Of a stretch of 64,000 nt of DNA, positions 1-8,443 are shown piece by piece. The position numbers were made by a program, and so were the translations under genes. Every line of letters begins with the position of its first letter. Positions within the stretch are counted from its first letter, which is position 1. A model generated the notes under the pieces. It did not search any database. It saw nothing but the letters and a program-made list of their open reading frames with translations, and was not told the DNA's origin. Source of the stretch: Alphaproteobacteria bacterium (GTDB lineage Bacteria; Pseudomonadota; Alphaproteobacteria; Caulobacterales; Parvularculaceae); contig WGLS01000027.1 in NCBI GenBank assembly GCA_016125455.1, forward strand, positions 9,954 through 73,953, given 5' to 3'.

Positions 1-458
1 CCGACTTCGACCATCACGTCAAGCACTGTCATGCCGGACTGATAGGGCAGCGCGATCGGCCGCTGCGCCTCGCCAAGGACGCGGACCTGTTGTTCCGGCG
101 TCGAGGTGAAGTTCGAAACGATCACCGTCACCTGCGGCGTCTTCACGTACTTCGCAAGGCTGCGTTCGAGATCCTTCGCCAGGACCGTTGGCGTCTTGCC
201 GGCGGCGACCATGTCCTCCACGAGCGGCGTTGAAATCCGTCCATCCGGGCGAACCGTCACCTTCGTCGAGAGCTCGGGCGCCCGCCAGACGAACACTTCA
301 AGCTGATCGAGCGGGCCGACCAGATACTCCGGCGCCGAAGCGGCGGCGGCCTCGAGGTCAGCGCCGTTCGCCTGCAGTTCACGCGCGTCGCGCAGATTGC
401 CTGAGGCGCACGCCGCCAGCGTCGCCGCAAGAATTCCAATTAGTAGTCGAACCATCAT
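1..458 (-). CDS. Polysaccharide export protein (Wza/GumB/ExoF-type, Poly_export domain), N-terminal part; gene runs past the window start
   Basis: Absent from the ORF track because it has no stop in the window. My own minus-strand translation from ATG at 458 gives MMVRLLIGILAATLAACASGNLRD...EYLVGPLDQLEVFVWRAPELSTKVTVRPDGRISTPLVEDMVAAGKTPTVLAKDLERSLAKYVKTPQVTVIV. It has a lipobox (LAAC) and the conserved Poly_export core, and stays open to position 1. Confidence 0.8.
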   Translation of the reverse strand, partial: MMVRLLIGILAATLAACASGNLRDARELQANGADLEAAAASAPEYLVGPLDQLEVFVWRAPELSTKVTVRPDGRISTPLVEDMVAAGKTPTVLAKDLERSLAKYVKTPQVTVIVSNFTSTPEQQVRVLGEAQRPIALPYQSGMTVLDVMVEV

Positions 459-648
459 GCCATCAGGCCCCTTTTTCGCGTCTTTAGCCCACGTTACGCC
501 CGCATGGCGGACGTGGCGCATTCACCATTTGCGCCCCGCGCCGGACGGTCCAGACAACCGTACCGTCAGGGCAAGAAGCTTGCCACCGCAACGCAGCGAA
601 AAGCCCCTTTCGTTTCCGTAACGGCATACACCAGCCGTCCGCCCGCGG

Positions 649-2799
649 TCACCAAGCGCGGACACGGCCTGTCTGGGCCGAGTCTCGATGATTGCCGCTA
701 TCCGTTTCGAGCGACGCTTCGCCGTCCGCCTGCCCGCGCAATTCGGGCGGATCATAAGGCGAAGGCGTTACCATTCCTTCCAATCGGCCGCCATTCGCGG
801 GCGACCGCGCGGGCGCAAGCCGCGACAGGAACCGTTCCGCCGCCTTGCGTCGGCCAAGAGCCGTCATTGCCGACAGATAACCGGCCGCCGCAGCGCCGTC
901 GCCGGGATTGCGTCCGAGCGCGGCGCGATAGGCGTTCGCAGCCAATTCCGGCGCGCCCCCCGCCGCAAATCCCGTCGCCGCGAGCATCGGATCGCCGGAA
1001 AGGTCGACCGCACGGGCAAAGTCCACTAGCGCTGCCGATTTACCGGCGGCTGCGAGGAGCTCGATATACGTCGCCGCGGCGTCCGGGCGCTGCGCGACGT
1101 CCGCCGCCACTGGCGACAGCGCGAGAACGGCGCCGTCGATGTCCGACAGCGCTTCAAGCGCCGATGCAAGATCAAGCCGGACGTCGACGTTCGCAGGATT
1201 TAGCCGCGCCGCCCGCCGCAGGGCGGGCAACGCCGCCTCTGGCTGGCCCGCGGCGCTTGCCGCCCGCCAGACGCCACGGGCCGCCGATGCGGCGCCCGGA
1301 TCCCGGTCGGCGCTGAGACTGAAGAGCCTGACCGCTGCGGCGGCCTTGCCGGCGCGTAACAAGGCTTCCGCTCGAATCGCGAGATCCACCGCAGACCCGA
1401 CGATTTCGCCTGCCAATGCAGTCGGTTCAATCCGTGCCGCCGCCTCGCCGGCGTCGACGAGGCGACGTACCGCGGCCAGGTCTTCAGCCTTCGGCCACAG
1501 CGGATCATCGATGCCCTGCGGGGCGCCTTCGCCCAGCAGAAACGCGATGGCCGTTTCCGGCGCATCGACGCTTGGCCCCTCGCCAGTTTCGGCGTCCGCC
1601 GCTGCCCGCATCCATTCGAAAGCGGCCCAGTCATCGCCTTCGGCGCGCGCGAGCGCGATGCGTCGCGTTGCGCCAAGGCGTGGCGCGACGGCCGACAGGG
1701 CGGTCAGTGTTTCTTCGAGCGGCGTGCGGCCCGCGGCGGGGTCGGACAGCCATCGCGCAGCGGCAAGGAGGACCGCCACGTCCCGTGCAACCCAGTCGGC
1801 TGGCGCGCGGCGCAAGGAATTGTCCAGAAGACGCGCCGCAGTTGCCCGGTCCGACCCGGCAAGCTTTGCCAGGGCGCGCAGAAGATCGCCCCTCGGCGTC
1901 TGTTCAAGCGCAAAAGCGATGGAATCGAACGCCTGCGCCGCGTCGCGCGGGCGCCCCTGTTTCAACGCGACAAGGCCCGAGAGCCGCCGCGCATCAATGT
2001 CGATATCGCCGGCCGCGCCTGTTCGCTGGCCAAGCATGGAGAGGGCGGCGTCGAGACGTCCGGCGCGAATGTCCGCTTCGATGGCGATGGCGTCGACACG
2101 CGCCTCGCTGGCCCCGGCGTCTTTCGCCCGGCGCGCAGCAGCGCGAGCAAAGTCTTCTTCACCTTCATCAAGAGCGATCCGCGCACGCAGCAGCCACGCT
2201 TCCCGCTCGACGGCGGCGCCGCCGCCGAACGCTGGTCGCAGCCGTTCCGCCGCCGCCGCGCCTTGCCCGGCGTCCGCTGCATAGATCAGTCGCGCATCGA
2301 CAAGCGCCGCATAGGCCGCATAGGGCCCTTCGGCGAGTGCCGCGGCCCGCGCCTTCGCGGCGGCGACATCGCCGATGCGGAACTCCGCCTCAAGCATCAG
2401 CGCCTCGCGGGCCCCGTCATCGAGGACGGCGCTTCTTTCGGCCGTCAGGAAGCGCCGGACATCGTCGTTCCGCCCCGCCGCCATAAGCGCGTTCGCATAG
2501 GCAAGCGCCGTGCGTTCCCCAGGAGCGGCCTCGTAGGCCGCCTCCGCGCGAAACAACGCGAGACGACGCGCCTCCATGCTTTCATCAATTGATGGCGCGA
2601 CGCGGGCGCCGCCCTGCGCGGTCGAAGTTTCGCGCTGGCCGTTGGCAGCGGCGCGCAGGCCGACAATGGTTGCAGCGCCGAGGCATGCGCCAATCGCCGC
2701 AACGGCCAGCGGCCATCGCAGGTTGCGGGTCCATCGCAGGCGAGGCCCCTGCGCCGGTGGTGGCGATTTGGTCGACATTTCAGCCTTGCGTCGTCGCAT
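649..2799 (-). CDS. Ala-rich TPR-like helical-repeat protein with N-terminal membrane anchor (EPS-locus associated)
   Basis: 716-aa ORF. It has an N-terminal hydrophobic segment (WPLAVAAIGACLGAATIVGL) followed by repeated helical A/L/R-rich units typical of TPR proteins. It lies between the sugar transferase and export genes on the same strand. Confidence 0.6.
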   Translation of the reverse strand: MRRRKAEMSTKSPPPAQGPRLRWTRNLRWPLAVAAIGACLGAATIVGLRAAANGQRETSTAQGGARVAPSIDESMEARRLALFRAEAAYEAAPGERTALAYANALMAAGRNDDVRRFLTAERSAVLDDGAREALMLEAEFRIGDVAAAKARAAALAEGPYAAYAALVDARLIYAADAGQGAAAAERLRPAFGGGAAVEREAWLLRARIALDEGEEDFARAAARRAKDAGASEARVDAIAIEADIRAGRLDAALSMLGQRTGAAGDIDIDARRLSGLVALKQGRPRDAAQAFDSIAFALEQTPRGDLLRALAKLAGSDRATAARLLDNSLRRAPADWVARDVAVLLAAARWLSDPAAGRTPLEETLTALSAVAPRLGATRRIALARAEGDDWAAFEWMRAAADAETGEGPSVDAPETAIAFLLGEGAPQGIDDPLWPKAEDLAAVRRLVDAGEAAARIEPTALAGEIVGSAVDLAIRAEALLRAGKAAAAVRLFSLSADRDPGAASAARGVWRAASAAGQPEAALPALRRAARLNPANVDVRLDLASALEALSDIDGAVLALSPVAADVAQRPDAAATYIELLAAAGKSAALVDFARAVDLSGDPMLAATGFAAGGAPELAANAYRAALGRNPGDGAAAAGYLSAMTALGRRKAAERFLSRLAPARSPANGGRLEGMVTPSPYDPPELRGQADGEASLETDSGNHRDSAQTGRVRAW

Positions 2800-2866
2800 C
2801 CCTGTCCCCGGACGCCAATCCGGGCCGGTCGGGAAACGTCCGGCGACCGCTGCGCCGCGCCCGATG

Positions 2867-3652
2867 CTAGCGGGCTCCGAGCCCGAACAGGGCGACCCGG
2901 ACGGTCAGCAACACGATCCCCAGGTCCATGAGTGGCCCATTATTCTTAAGATAAAAGAGATCAAAGCGATGCTTTTCGACTGCATCTTCTATGGAAGCGC
3001 CATACTGGTGCTTGACCTGCGCCCAGCCCGTGATTCCCGGTTTCACGCTGTGGCGAAGGTCATAGTGCGGGATCGCTTCGCGCAGAAGACCGACAAACTC
3101 CGGACGCTCCGGGCGCGGCCCAACAAAGCTCATGTCGCCGGCGAGGACGTTAAAGGCCTGCGGGATTTCATCAATCCGGAAGTGCCTGATCAACCGCCCG
3201 ATCCGCGTGACGCGGTCGTCGTTGACCGCCGCCCATCGCGCGCCGCCGGCTTCGGCATCCTGTCGCATCGACCGAAACTTCACGATCCGGAACACCCGGC
3301 CGCCGGCGCCGACCCGTTCTTGTCGGTAGAAAACCGGACCGGCGGATTCGAGCGGAACAAGGATGGCGACAACCGCCAGCAATGGCGCCGACGCCAGCAA
3401 AAGCAACGACGCAAGCATGATGTCGAAGAAGCGTTTGGCCATCCGGAAGGCCGGGCTTGACGCCCTGGCAAGTCCGGCGCTCAGGTCGGCCGGCGCGAAT
3501 GCGGCGAGGTCAATCCGGTCCGACTGCGGCGGCGAAAGCCACCGCCCGCCCCGCGAACCGCCGCGGCGACCTGCGGGCTGGAGCAGCCCATAGGTAACGG
3601 CGCCGAACAGCGCGGCCGCGCCGCCAACAGCCGTGGGCAACATGACTTCCAT
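2867..3652 (-). CDS. Bacterial sugar transferase (polyprenyl-phosphate hexose-1-phosphate transferase, ExoY/WbaP C-terminal type)
   Basis: KRFFDIMLASLLLLASAPLLAVVAILV...GPVFYRQERVGAGGRVFRIVKFRSM...DDRVTRIGRLIRHFRIDEIPQAFNVLAGDMSFVGPRPERPEFV is the hallmark motif set. GGGGGA SD lies upstream of the ATG at 3652. Confidence 0.9.
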   Translation of the reverse strand: MEVMLPTAVGGAAALFGAVTYGLLQPAGRRGGSRGGRWLSPPQSDRIDLAAFAPADLSAGLARASSPAFRMAKRFFDIMLASLLLLASAPLLAVVAILVPLESAGPVFYRQERVGAGGRVFRIVKFRSMRQDAEAGGARWAAVNDDRVTRIGRLIRHFRIDEIPQAFNVLAGDMSFVGPRPERPEFVGLLREAIPHYDLRHSVKPGITGWAQVKHQYGASIEDAVEKHRFDLFYLKNNGPLMDLGIVLLTVRVALFGLGAR

Positions 3653-3777
3653 TCCGGTCCCCCAAACTCACCGTCGCGCGCGGCGTGTCCCGCACTTGCG
3701 ATGTCCCGCACTGGCGATCCTCCGGCACGAGCGAGCAAGAAGCGCGCCGCTCTCGGGAAAGGCGAATGCGAGACACG

Positions 3778-3801
3778 AATGATTAATTCATCTTAATCAT
3801 T
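3778..3801. promoter_or_regulatory. Inverted repeat AATGATTAA-N6-TTAATCATT in an AT-rich island of the divergent EPS intergenic region; candidate regulator binding site
   Basis: Perfect 9-bp arms read directly from the sequence (3778-3786 and 3793-3801). Local sequence gaatgattaattcatcttaatcatttcgatgaaaaaaatatgg is strikingly A/T-rich in a G+C-rich genome. Confidence 0.35.
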
Positions 3802-3910
3802 TCGATGAAAAAAATATGGAGCGTCAGCAGCGATCGCGGGAAAAGTGAGCCATGGATGCAACAAATGCCCGTCTGACGCACCTTCCTAACGGGATTGCAA
3901 CCAGGGATTG

Positions 3911-3925
3911 GCAAGATAGCTGCCA
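3911..3925 (-). promoter_or_regulatory. Candidate sigma-54 (-24/-12) promoter, TGGCAG-N5-TTGC, reading toward the sugar-transferase/TPR/export genes
   Basis: Minus strand reads GATTGGCAGCTATCTTGCCAA, with GG and GC spaced as in the TGGCAC-N5-TTGCW consensus. The site is part of an 8-bp palindrome (GATTGGCA-N7-TGCCAATC, 3906-3928), so it could instead be a dimeric regulator site. Confidence 0.3.
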
Positions 3926-4045
3926 ATCGGGTTGCTGGCCGGGCGGACGGAAACCGCGATTTAACGGCGGATTAAACCGGGGCGGCGATCCTCGATCCTC
4001 GGCGCGCGACGTCACCGGCGAGCGAGACTCAAAAGAACGGGCGCG

Positions 4046-6292
4046 ATGCGCATCCTGACAATCACGACCCTGTTTCCCAACGCGGCCGCGCCGAACCATG
4101 GCGTGTTCGTCGAAAGCCGGCTTGCCGACCTGCGCGCGCGCCATGACGTCGATCTTCGGGTCATCGCGCCTGTGCCCTGGTTCCCGTTCGACCACGCCGC
4201 GTTCGGCAAGTACGCCGAATTCGCAAGGGCCCCGGCTCAGGAAGTCCGCCGCGGCGTCACCGTGCGCCATCCGCGCTATGCGATCCCGCCAAAGATCGGG
4301 ATGACCTACGCCGCCTTCAGCCTTGAGCGGCGATTGCGCCGGGCCATCGCGGAGGTCTGCGCCGACGGCTGGGACTTCGACCTCATTGACGCCCACTACC
4401 TTTATCCCGACGGCGTCGCGGCGACGCGCGTAGCGGCGGATATTGGCAAGCCGATCATCCTGACGGCGCGCGGCTCGGACGTCAGCGAGATTCCCGCTCA
4501 CCCTCTCCAGCGGCGGATGATCTTGTCTTCGGTCGCGCTTGCGGACTGCGTCGTATGCGTCGCCGACGCCTTGCGCGAGGAACTGATCTCCATCGGCGCC
4601 CCCGCAGAAAAACTACGTACATTGCGAAATGGCGTTGACCTCGATCGTTTCAGGCCCGTCGACGGTTCGACCGTACGCAAACGCTTTGGGCTCAGCGGCG
4701 ACCTGATCGTCAGCGTCGGTCACCTGATCCCGCGCAAGGGACACGACCTCGTCATTGACGCTGTTGCGGCCCTCGCCCATCGCGGGGCAGACGTATCGCT
4801 TCTGATAATCGGGGACGGTCCGGAGCGACAGCCGCTCGAGGCCAAGGCGCGGCAGGCGAACCTCGCCGACCGCGTCAGGTTCGCCGGCGCCGTGCCAAAT
4901 GAAGAGCTGTCCGAGTATTATTCCGCGGCGGACGTTCTGGCGCTCGGATCGACGCGGGAAGGCTGGCCCAACGTTCTCCTTGAAGCCATGGCCTGCGGCG
5001 TCCCCGCCGTGGCGCCGCCTGTATGGGGGTGCGCAGAGGTTATCGCTGCGCCGGAAGCCGGCCGGATTGCCGCCGAGCGCTCGGCGCCGGCTCTCGCCGA
5101 AGCCTTGAGCGATATACTGACGAATGAACCGGACCGTGCGGCGACCCGCGCCTATGCGGAGCGCTTTTCATGGGAAGAGACGTCGGACGCGCTCTTTGAC
5201 ATATTCTCGACGGCGATCGCCCGCGCCGACCTTGCCAGCCGCACGGCGATCAGTCCGACGGCCACGCCCCTGCCGGCGATCGCAGCGCAACGTCCCCAGC
5301 CGAGGCTTCTCATCACGGTCGATACGGAGGAAATATTCGACTGGCTGACGTTTGAGCCCGACGCGTTCCGCATTGCCGATCCCGCCGACCTCAACCCCTT
5401 TCAGGCTCTGTGCGCCGACCGCGGCGCGCGCCCGCTCTATTTCCTCAGCTACCCAATCATCGAGGACGCGCGTTCTGTCGCCTATTTCAGCGAACTGAGG
5501 CAGCGGAATGCCGCAGACCTTGGCCTGCACCTGCATCAGTGGGTAACGCCGCGCGACCATTCCTACAAGAGCGAGTTCCATTCGTGGCAGATGAACCTGC
5601 CCGATGAAGTCCATCGCGAAAAACTTGAAGTGATGGCGAGCGCGTTCGAAGCCGCGTTCGGCGCGCGAGCGACTGCGCACCGGGCGGGACGGTACGGCAT
5701 TGCGCCTCACTGCTACCCCGCCCTCGCCGATATCGGCGTCACCCACGACTTCAGCCCGTCGCCCGCTTTCGACAAGAGCGACAAAGGCGGGCCGGATTTC
5801 TCGGCAATGTCGAACCGGCCCTTTGCGCTCACGATCGATGGCGAACGGACAATGTGGGTGACGCCCGTTTCCGGCGCCCATGGCCGCCGCGGCGGCGCGA
5901 TTTTCGCCGGCGCCGCCGGACCAGCCGGCTTTCAGCGGCGGCGCATCGGCGCAAAGCCGCTTCTGTCGTCGGCCCTGAGGCTCTCGCCAGAGGGGCCGAA
6001 CCTCGCCGAAATGATCGCGCTTGCGCGCCACCTGATCGCAAACGACATTTCAATCCTGACGTTCAGCATTCACTCAACGTCGTTTACGCCGGGCGCCAAC
6101 CAGTACGCCGCCCGTCAATCGGATATCGATGCGACGCTGGAAAAGACGGACGCCTTCCTCGCCGCCTTCGCTGCCGACTTCGGGGGCGCGTTCATCGGCC
6201 TCGATGAGCTCGCCCGCATCTATCGAGACGCGGAGAGACCCGACGCCAGCGCCGGCGTCGCGGTTAATCGCCCATTAAGCGTCCAAGGATAA
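4046..6292 (+). CDS. Fusion protein: GT4-family glycosyltransferase (N-terminal ~410 aa) plus polysaccharide-deacetylase-like (WalW-like) C-terminal domain
   Basis: N-terminus MRILTITTLFPNAAAPNHGVFV...GSTREGWPNVLLEAMACGVPAVAP carries the GT4 EX7E-type region. C-terminus LLITVDTEEIFDW...LGLHLHQWVTP...AHRAGRYG resembles deacetylase/WalW-type domains. This is a single 748-aa ORF. Confidence 0.75.
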   Translation: MRILTITTLFPNAAAPNHGVFVESRLADLRARHDVDLRVIAPVPWFPFDHAAFGKYAEFARAPAQEVRRGVTVRHPRYAIPPKIGMTYAAFSLERRLRRAIAEVCADGWDFDLIDAHYLYPDGVAATRVAADIGKPIILTARGSDVSEIPAHPLQRRMILSSVALADCVVCVADALREELISIGAPAEKLRTLRNGVDLDRFRPVDGSTVRKRFGLSGDLIVSVGHLIPRKGHDLVIDAVAALAHRGADVSLLIIGDGPERQPLEAKARQANLADRVRFAGAVPNEELSEYYSAADVLALGSTREGWPNVLLEAMACGVPAVAPPVWGCAEVIAAPEAGRIAAERSAPALAEALSDILTNEPDRAATRAYAERFSWEETSDALFDIFSTAIARADLASRTAISPTATPLPAIAAQRPQPRLLITVDTEEIFDWLTFEPDAFRIADPADLNPFQALCADRGARPLYFLSYPIIEDARSVAYFSELRQRNAADLGLHLHQWVTPRDHSYKSEFHSWQMNLPDEVHREKLEVMASAFEAAFGARATAHRAGRYGIAPHCYPALADIGVTHDFSPSPAFDKSDKGGPDFSAMSNRPFALTIDGERTMWVTPVSGAHGRRGGAIFAGAAGPAGFQRRRIGAKPLLSSALRLSPEGPNLAEMIALARHLIANDISILTFSIHSTSFTPGANQYAARQSDIDATLEKTDAFLAAFAADFGGAFIGLDELARIYRDAERPDASAGVAVNRPLSVQG

Positions 6293-6320
6293 TTCGAAGG
6301 GCGTCATTAAGGAGACGCCC

Positions 6321-7082
6321 ATGGCCGCCGCAGAAATCGCCCGCATCGTTTTCGCGCTGTCCACCGTATTGCTGATGATCAGCATCGGAGCCTATGCGGC
6401 GAAGAAGCTTGGACTTGCCCAAGGCGGGCCACTCGCCCGCCGCAAGCGCCTCTCCCTGGTCGAAACGCTGCCCATCGATCAGAAGCGCCGCGCCGCGATC
6501 ATCTCGTGCGACGGGCGCGAGCACCTCGTCGTCATCAATCCGAACAGCGTGACGGTCGTTGCGCGCGACGTCTCGTCGCCGGATGCGCCCGGATCAGCGA
6601 CGTCAAAGCCTGACGCGTCAGGATCGGCAAACTCGACAGCGCCGCGCGCCGCGTCATCCGCAGCGGCCGCGCCAGAGCCCGAGACCGCAGCCGACGCAGA
6701 TGTCGAAGCTGATCTGACCTGGCCAGTCAAGCGCCCGACCGCAGCGCAGGAGTCGACCAGCGCCGTTGGCGGCGCGTTTTCGACCGTCTACAAATTATCG
6801 GCGATTCCGATGCAAACGCCGCAATCCCGCCCGGCGCAATCGCTCAATCCCGCACAGGCCCCCGCACAGGCCCCCGCACAGGCCCCCGCACAGGCCAATG
6901 CGTCGGCCGCCAATCCATTCGTCCGGGCGCGGCCTTCCGTCCCGGCGCCAGCGCCCTCGACGGAGAAACCCGTCGCCCAGCAAGACAGGCCGACCTCAGC
7001 CGCCGCCCAGGCTGGGCGACCCATGGAAACCCTGTTGAAAGCGCGCGAGGCGTTTCTCGCGGCGTACCGCAAAGTCGCCTAG
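6321..7082 (+). CDS. FliO-like single-pass membrane protein with long Ala/Pro/Ser-rich tail
   Basis: AAGGAG SD lies 7 nt upstream of the ATG. TM segment IVFALSTVLLMISIGAYAA is followed by RKRLSLVETLPIDQKRRAAIISCDGREHLVVINPNSVTVV. This matches the alphaproteobacterial FliO pattern (RL-x-V-x...RRRL-x-LV-x-D..EHL...). Confidence 0.5.
   Translation: MAAAEIARIVFALSTVLLMISIGAYAAKKLGLAQGGPLARRKRLSLVETLPIDQKRRAAIISCDGREHLVVINPNSVTVVARDVSSPDAPGSATSKPDASGSANSTAPRAASSAAAAPEPETAADADVEADLTWPVKRPTAAQESTSAVGGAFSTVYKLSAIPMQTPQSRPAQSLNPAQAPAQAPAQAPAQANASAANPFVRARPSVPAPAPSTEKPVAQQDRPTSAAAQAGRPMETLLKAREAFLAAYRKVA
6851..6896 (+). repeat. 12-bp tandem repeat CGCACAGGCCCC, about 3.8 copies, in frame (AQAP repeats)
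   Basis: Read directly: cgcacaggcccc cgcacaggcccc cgcacaggcccc cgcacaggcc. It lies inside the FliO-like CDS. Confidence 0.9.
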
Positions 7083-7184
7083 AACATTCCCGGGCGCGTC
7101 CCGGTTACGCGTTGGGATCCGCGGCCGCCAAAGGATCCCCAGCAAGTTCGCGGGTCAGGTTGAGTCGTTGAAATCGAACGCGCT

Positions 7185-7640
7185 CTAGCTCGACCTGGCG
7201 GCTTTTCGCCTGACTGTTCGGCGCCTGACTATTGGGCGCTTGACGGCCTTTTGCGCCGAAGTCGCCGGCGCCTTCGTGTTCTTTCCGCTTACTGATTTCT
7301 TCTTCGGTTTCGGACCACGGGTCGCGGCGGCAAGGGCGAGGCCCGTCCAGCGTCGCAACGCTTCGGCATCGTCAAGAATGTCGTCCGGCGGGGCGTAGTA
7401 ATTCATGACGCCCTTCTCGCCGTCTTTTGTTTCGTAGGTGAAGGGCGGCAGGCCCGCCGCGAGGAATGCGCTGCGCGTCTCCTCGTCAGTCTTGAACCAG
7501 AGGTCGTCGTCGCCGATAATCGCAAAAATCCGGCCGTCGCAGTATACGCCGGCGCCGCCGAACATCCGCCGGACCGTGATCTCTCCGAACGGCGCGAAGA
7601 GGTCCTTAACGAAGTCGATATAGCCGGCGGAGACCGTCAC
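7185..7640 (-). CDS. TfoX/Sxy N-terminal-domain protein with Lys/Arg-rich tail
   Basis: RRMFGGAGVYCDGRIFAIIGDDDLWFKTDEE is the TfoX_N signature. The GTG start lies 7 nt after the sufA stop codon on the same strand. Confidence 0.75.
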   Translation of the reverse strand: MTVSAGYIDFVKDLFAPFGEITVRRMFGGAGVYCDGRIFAIIGDDDLWFKTDEETRSAFLAAGLPPFTYETKDGEKGVMNYYAPPDDILDDAEALRRWTGLALAAATRGPKPKKKSVSGKNTKAPATSAQKAVKRPIVRRRTVRRKAARSS

Positions 7641-7647
7641 CCGGCCC

Positions 7648-8013
7648 CTATGCGTCCGCCGCCGCCGGGACGATCGTCACGCTTTCGCCGCAGCCGCAGG
7701 CGTCGGTCTGGTTCGGGTTGTTGAACACGAACCGCTGCGACAGCTTCTCGGTGACGAAATCGATCTGCGTCCCAAGAAGAAAGAGGATCGCTTTCGGATC
7801 GATCAGCACCTTGACGCCGTTCTCCTCTACGACCTCGTCCAGGGGCGCGGCTTCGGTCGCGTACTCCATCGCGTATTCCATGCCGGCGCAGCCGCCATTC
7901 TTCACGCCGATCCTGACGCCGATGTAACCGGCCTCCGCATCGGACATGATCTCCTGCATGCGGGCCGCGGCGGCGTCGGTGAGAGTCACTACTTTCGGTC
8001 TTGGTCTCGGCAT
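7648..8013 (-). CDS. sufA: Fe-S cluster insertion/carrier protein (HesB/IscA/SufA family)
   Basis: GVKNGGCAGMEY...NPNQTDACGCGESV has the three conserved Cys. Start trimmed to the ATG at 8013. Confidence 0.9.
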   Translation of the reverse strand: MPRPRPKVVTLTDAAAARMQEIMSDAEAGYIGVRIGVKNGGCAGMEYAMEYATEAAPLDEVVEENGVKVLIDPKAILFLLGTQIDFVTEKLSQRFVFNNPNQTDACGCGESVTIVPAAADA

Positions 8014-8026
8014 AGCCAAACAGCCT

Positions 8027-8443
8027 CTACTCGCCTTTCACTTCCGCCCACGGATCATAGCTCCCGAAATTCCAGAGATGGCCTTCGGGGTCTATGCAGC
8101 CGAACGACCGCCCGCCATGGGGCGGGCTTTCGGGCCCGTAGGCGATTTTCGCGTCGGCGGCCGTCGCCCGATCGGCGAGGCCGTCGACATCGTCGACGAT
8201 GATATAGGCGCTCTGCGTCGTCCCGCCGAGGGCCATCGGCGTCCTCTGCAGGACGCCGAAACCATCGTCCCGCGCCGAGCCTAGCATGATCATCACCGGG
8301 CCAAGCGTCAGCTGCGCGTGCCTGACGCCGCCGTCGCCGTCGTCGACGACGAGATGCGGCTCGAACCCGAAGGCTTCGCCGAGCCAGCGGATCATCGCCG
8401 GCGCGTCTTCGTAGGTCATGGTGGGGATGATCCTGCCGCCCAT
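8027..8443 (-). CDS. VOC (glyoxalase/bleomycin-resistance) family protein
   Basis: IIPTMTYEDAPAMIRWLGEAFGFE...GCIDPEGHLWNFGSYDPW is typical of the VOC/PhnB-like fold. The ATG at 8443 overlaps the stop of the upstream DUF59 gene (TGATG). Confidence 0.8.
   Translation of the reverse strand: MGGRIIPTMTYEDAPAMIRWLGEAFGFEPHLVVDDGDGGVRHAQLTLGPVMIMLGSARDDGFGVLQRTPMALGGTTQSAYIIVDDVDGLADRATAADAKIAYGPESPPHGGRSFGCIDPEGHLWNFGSYDPWAEVKGE

Noticed and set aside
504-2486. Long plus-strand ORFs (504-1316, 1139-2284, 1416-2486) opposite the TPR gene
   Set aside because: Translations are Arg/Pro/Ala/Ser-rich low-complexity strings with no recognisable domain. These are typical shadow ORFs of G+C-rich DNA, and the minus-strand TPR ORF explains the region.
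3824-4501. 225-aa minus-strand ORF spanning the EPS intergenic region and the 5' end of the GT4 gene
   Set aside because: It overlaps a well-supported glycosyltransferase N-terminus and has no domain signature and an Arg-rich composition.
6321-7082. Flagellar gene cluster
   Set aside because: Only a FliO-like ORF is present. No fliP/Q/R, flhA/B or motor genes occur anywhere in the window.
7114-7139. Hairpin GGGATCC-N12-GGATCCC between the convergent FliO-like and TfoX-like genes; similarly CGTCGGCG-N11-CGCCGACG at 27388-27414 between the cytochrome and der genes
   Set aside because: The stems are real but have large loops and no U-tract on either strand. They are not confident intrinsic terminators, although they may still act as bidirectional structures.
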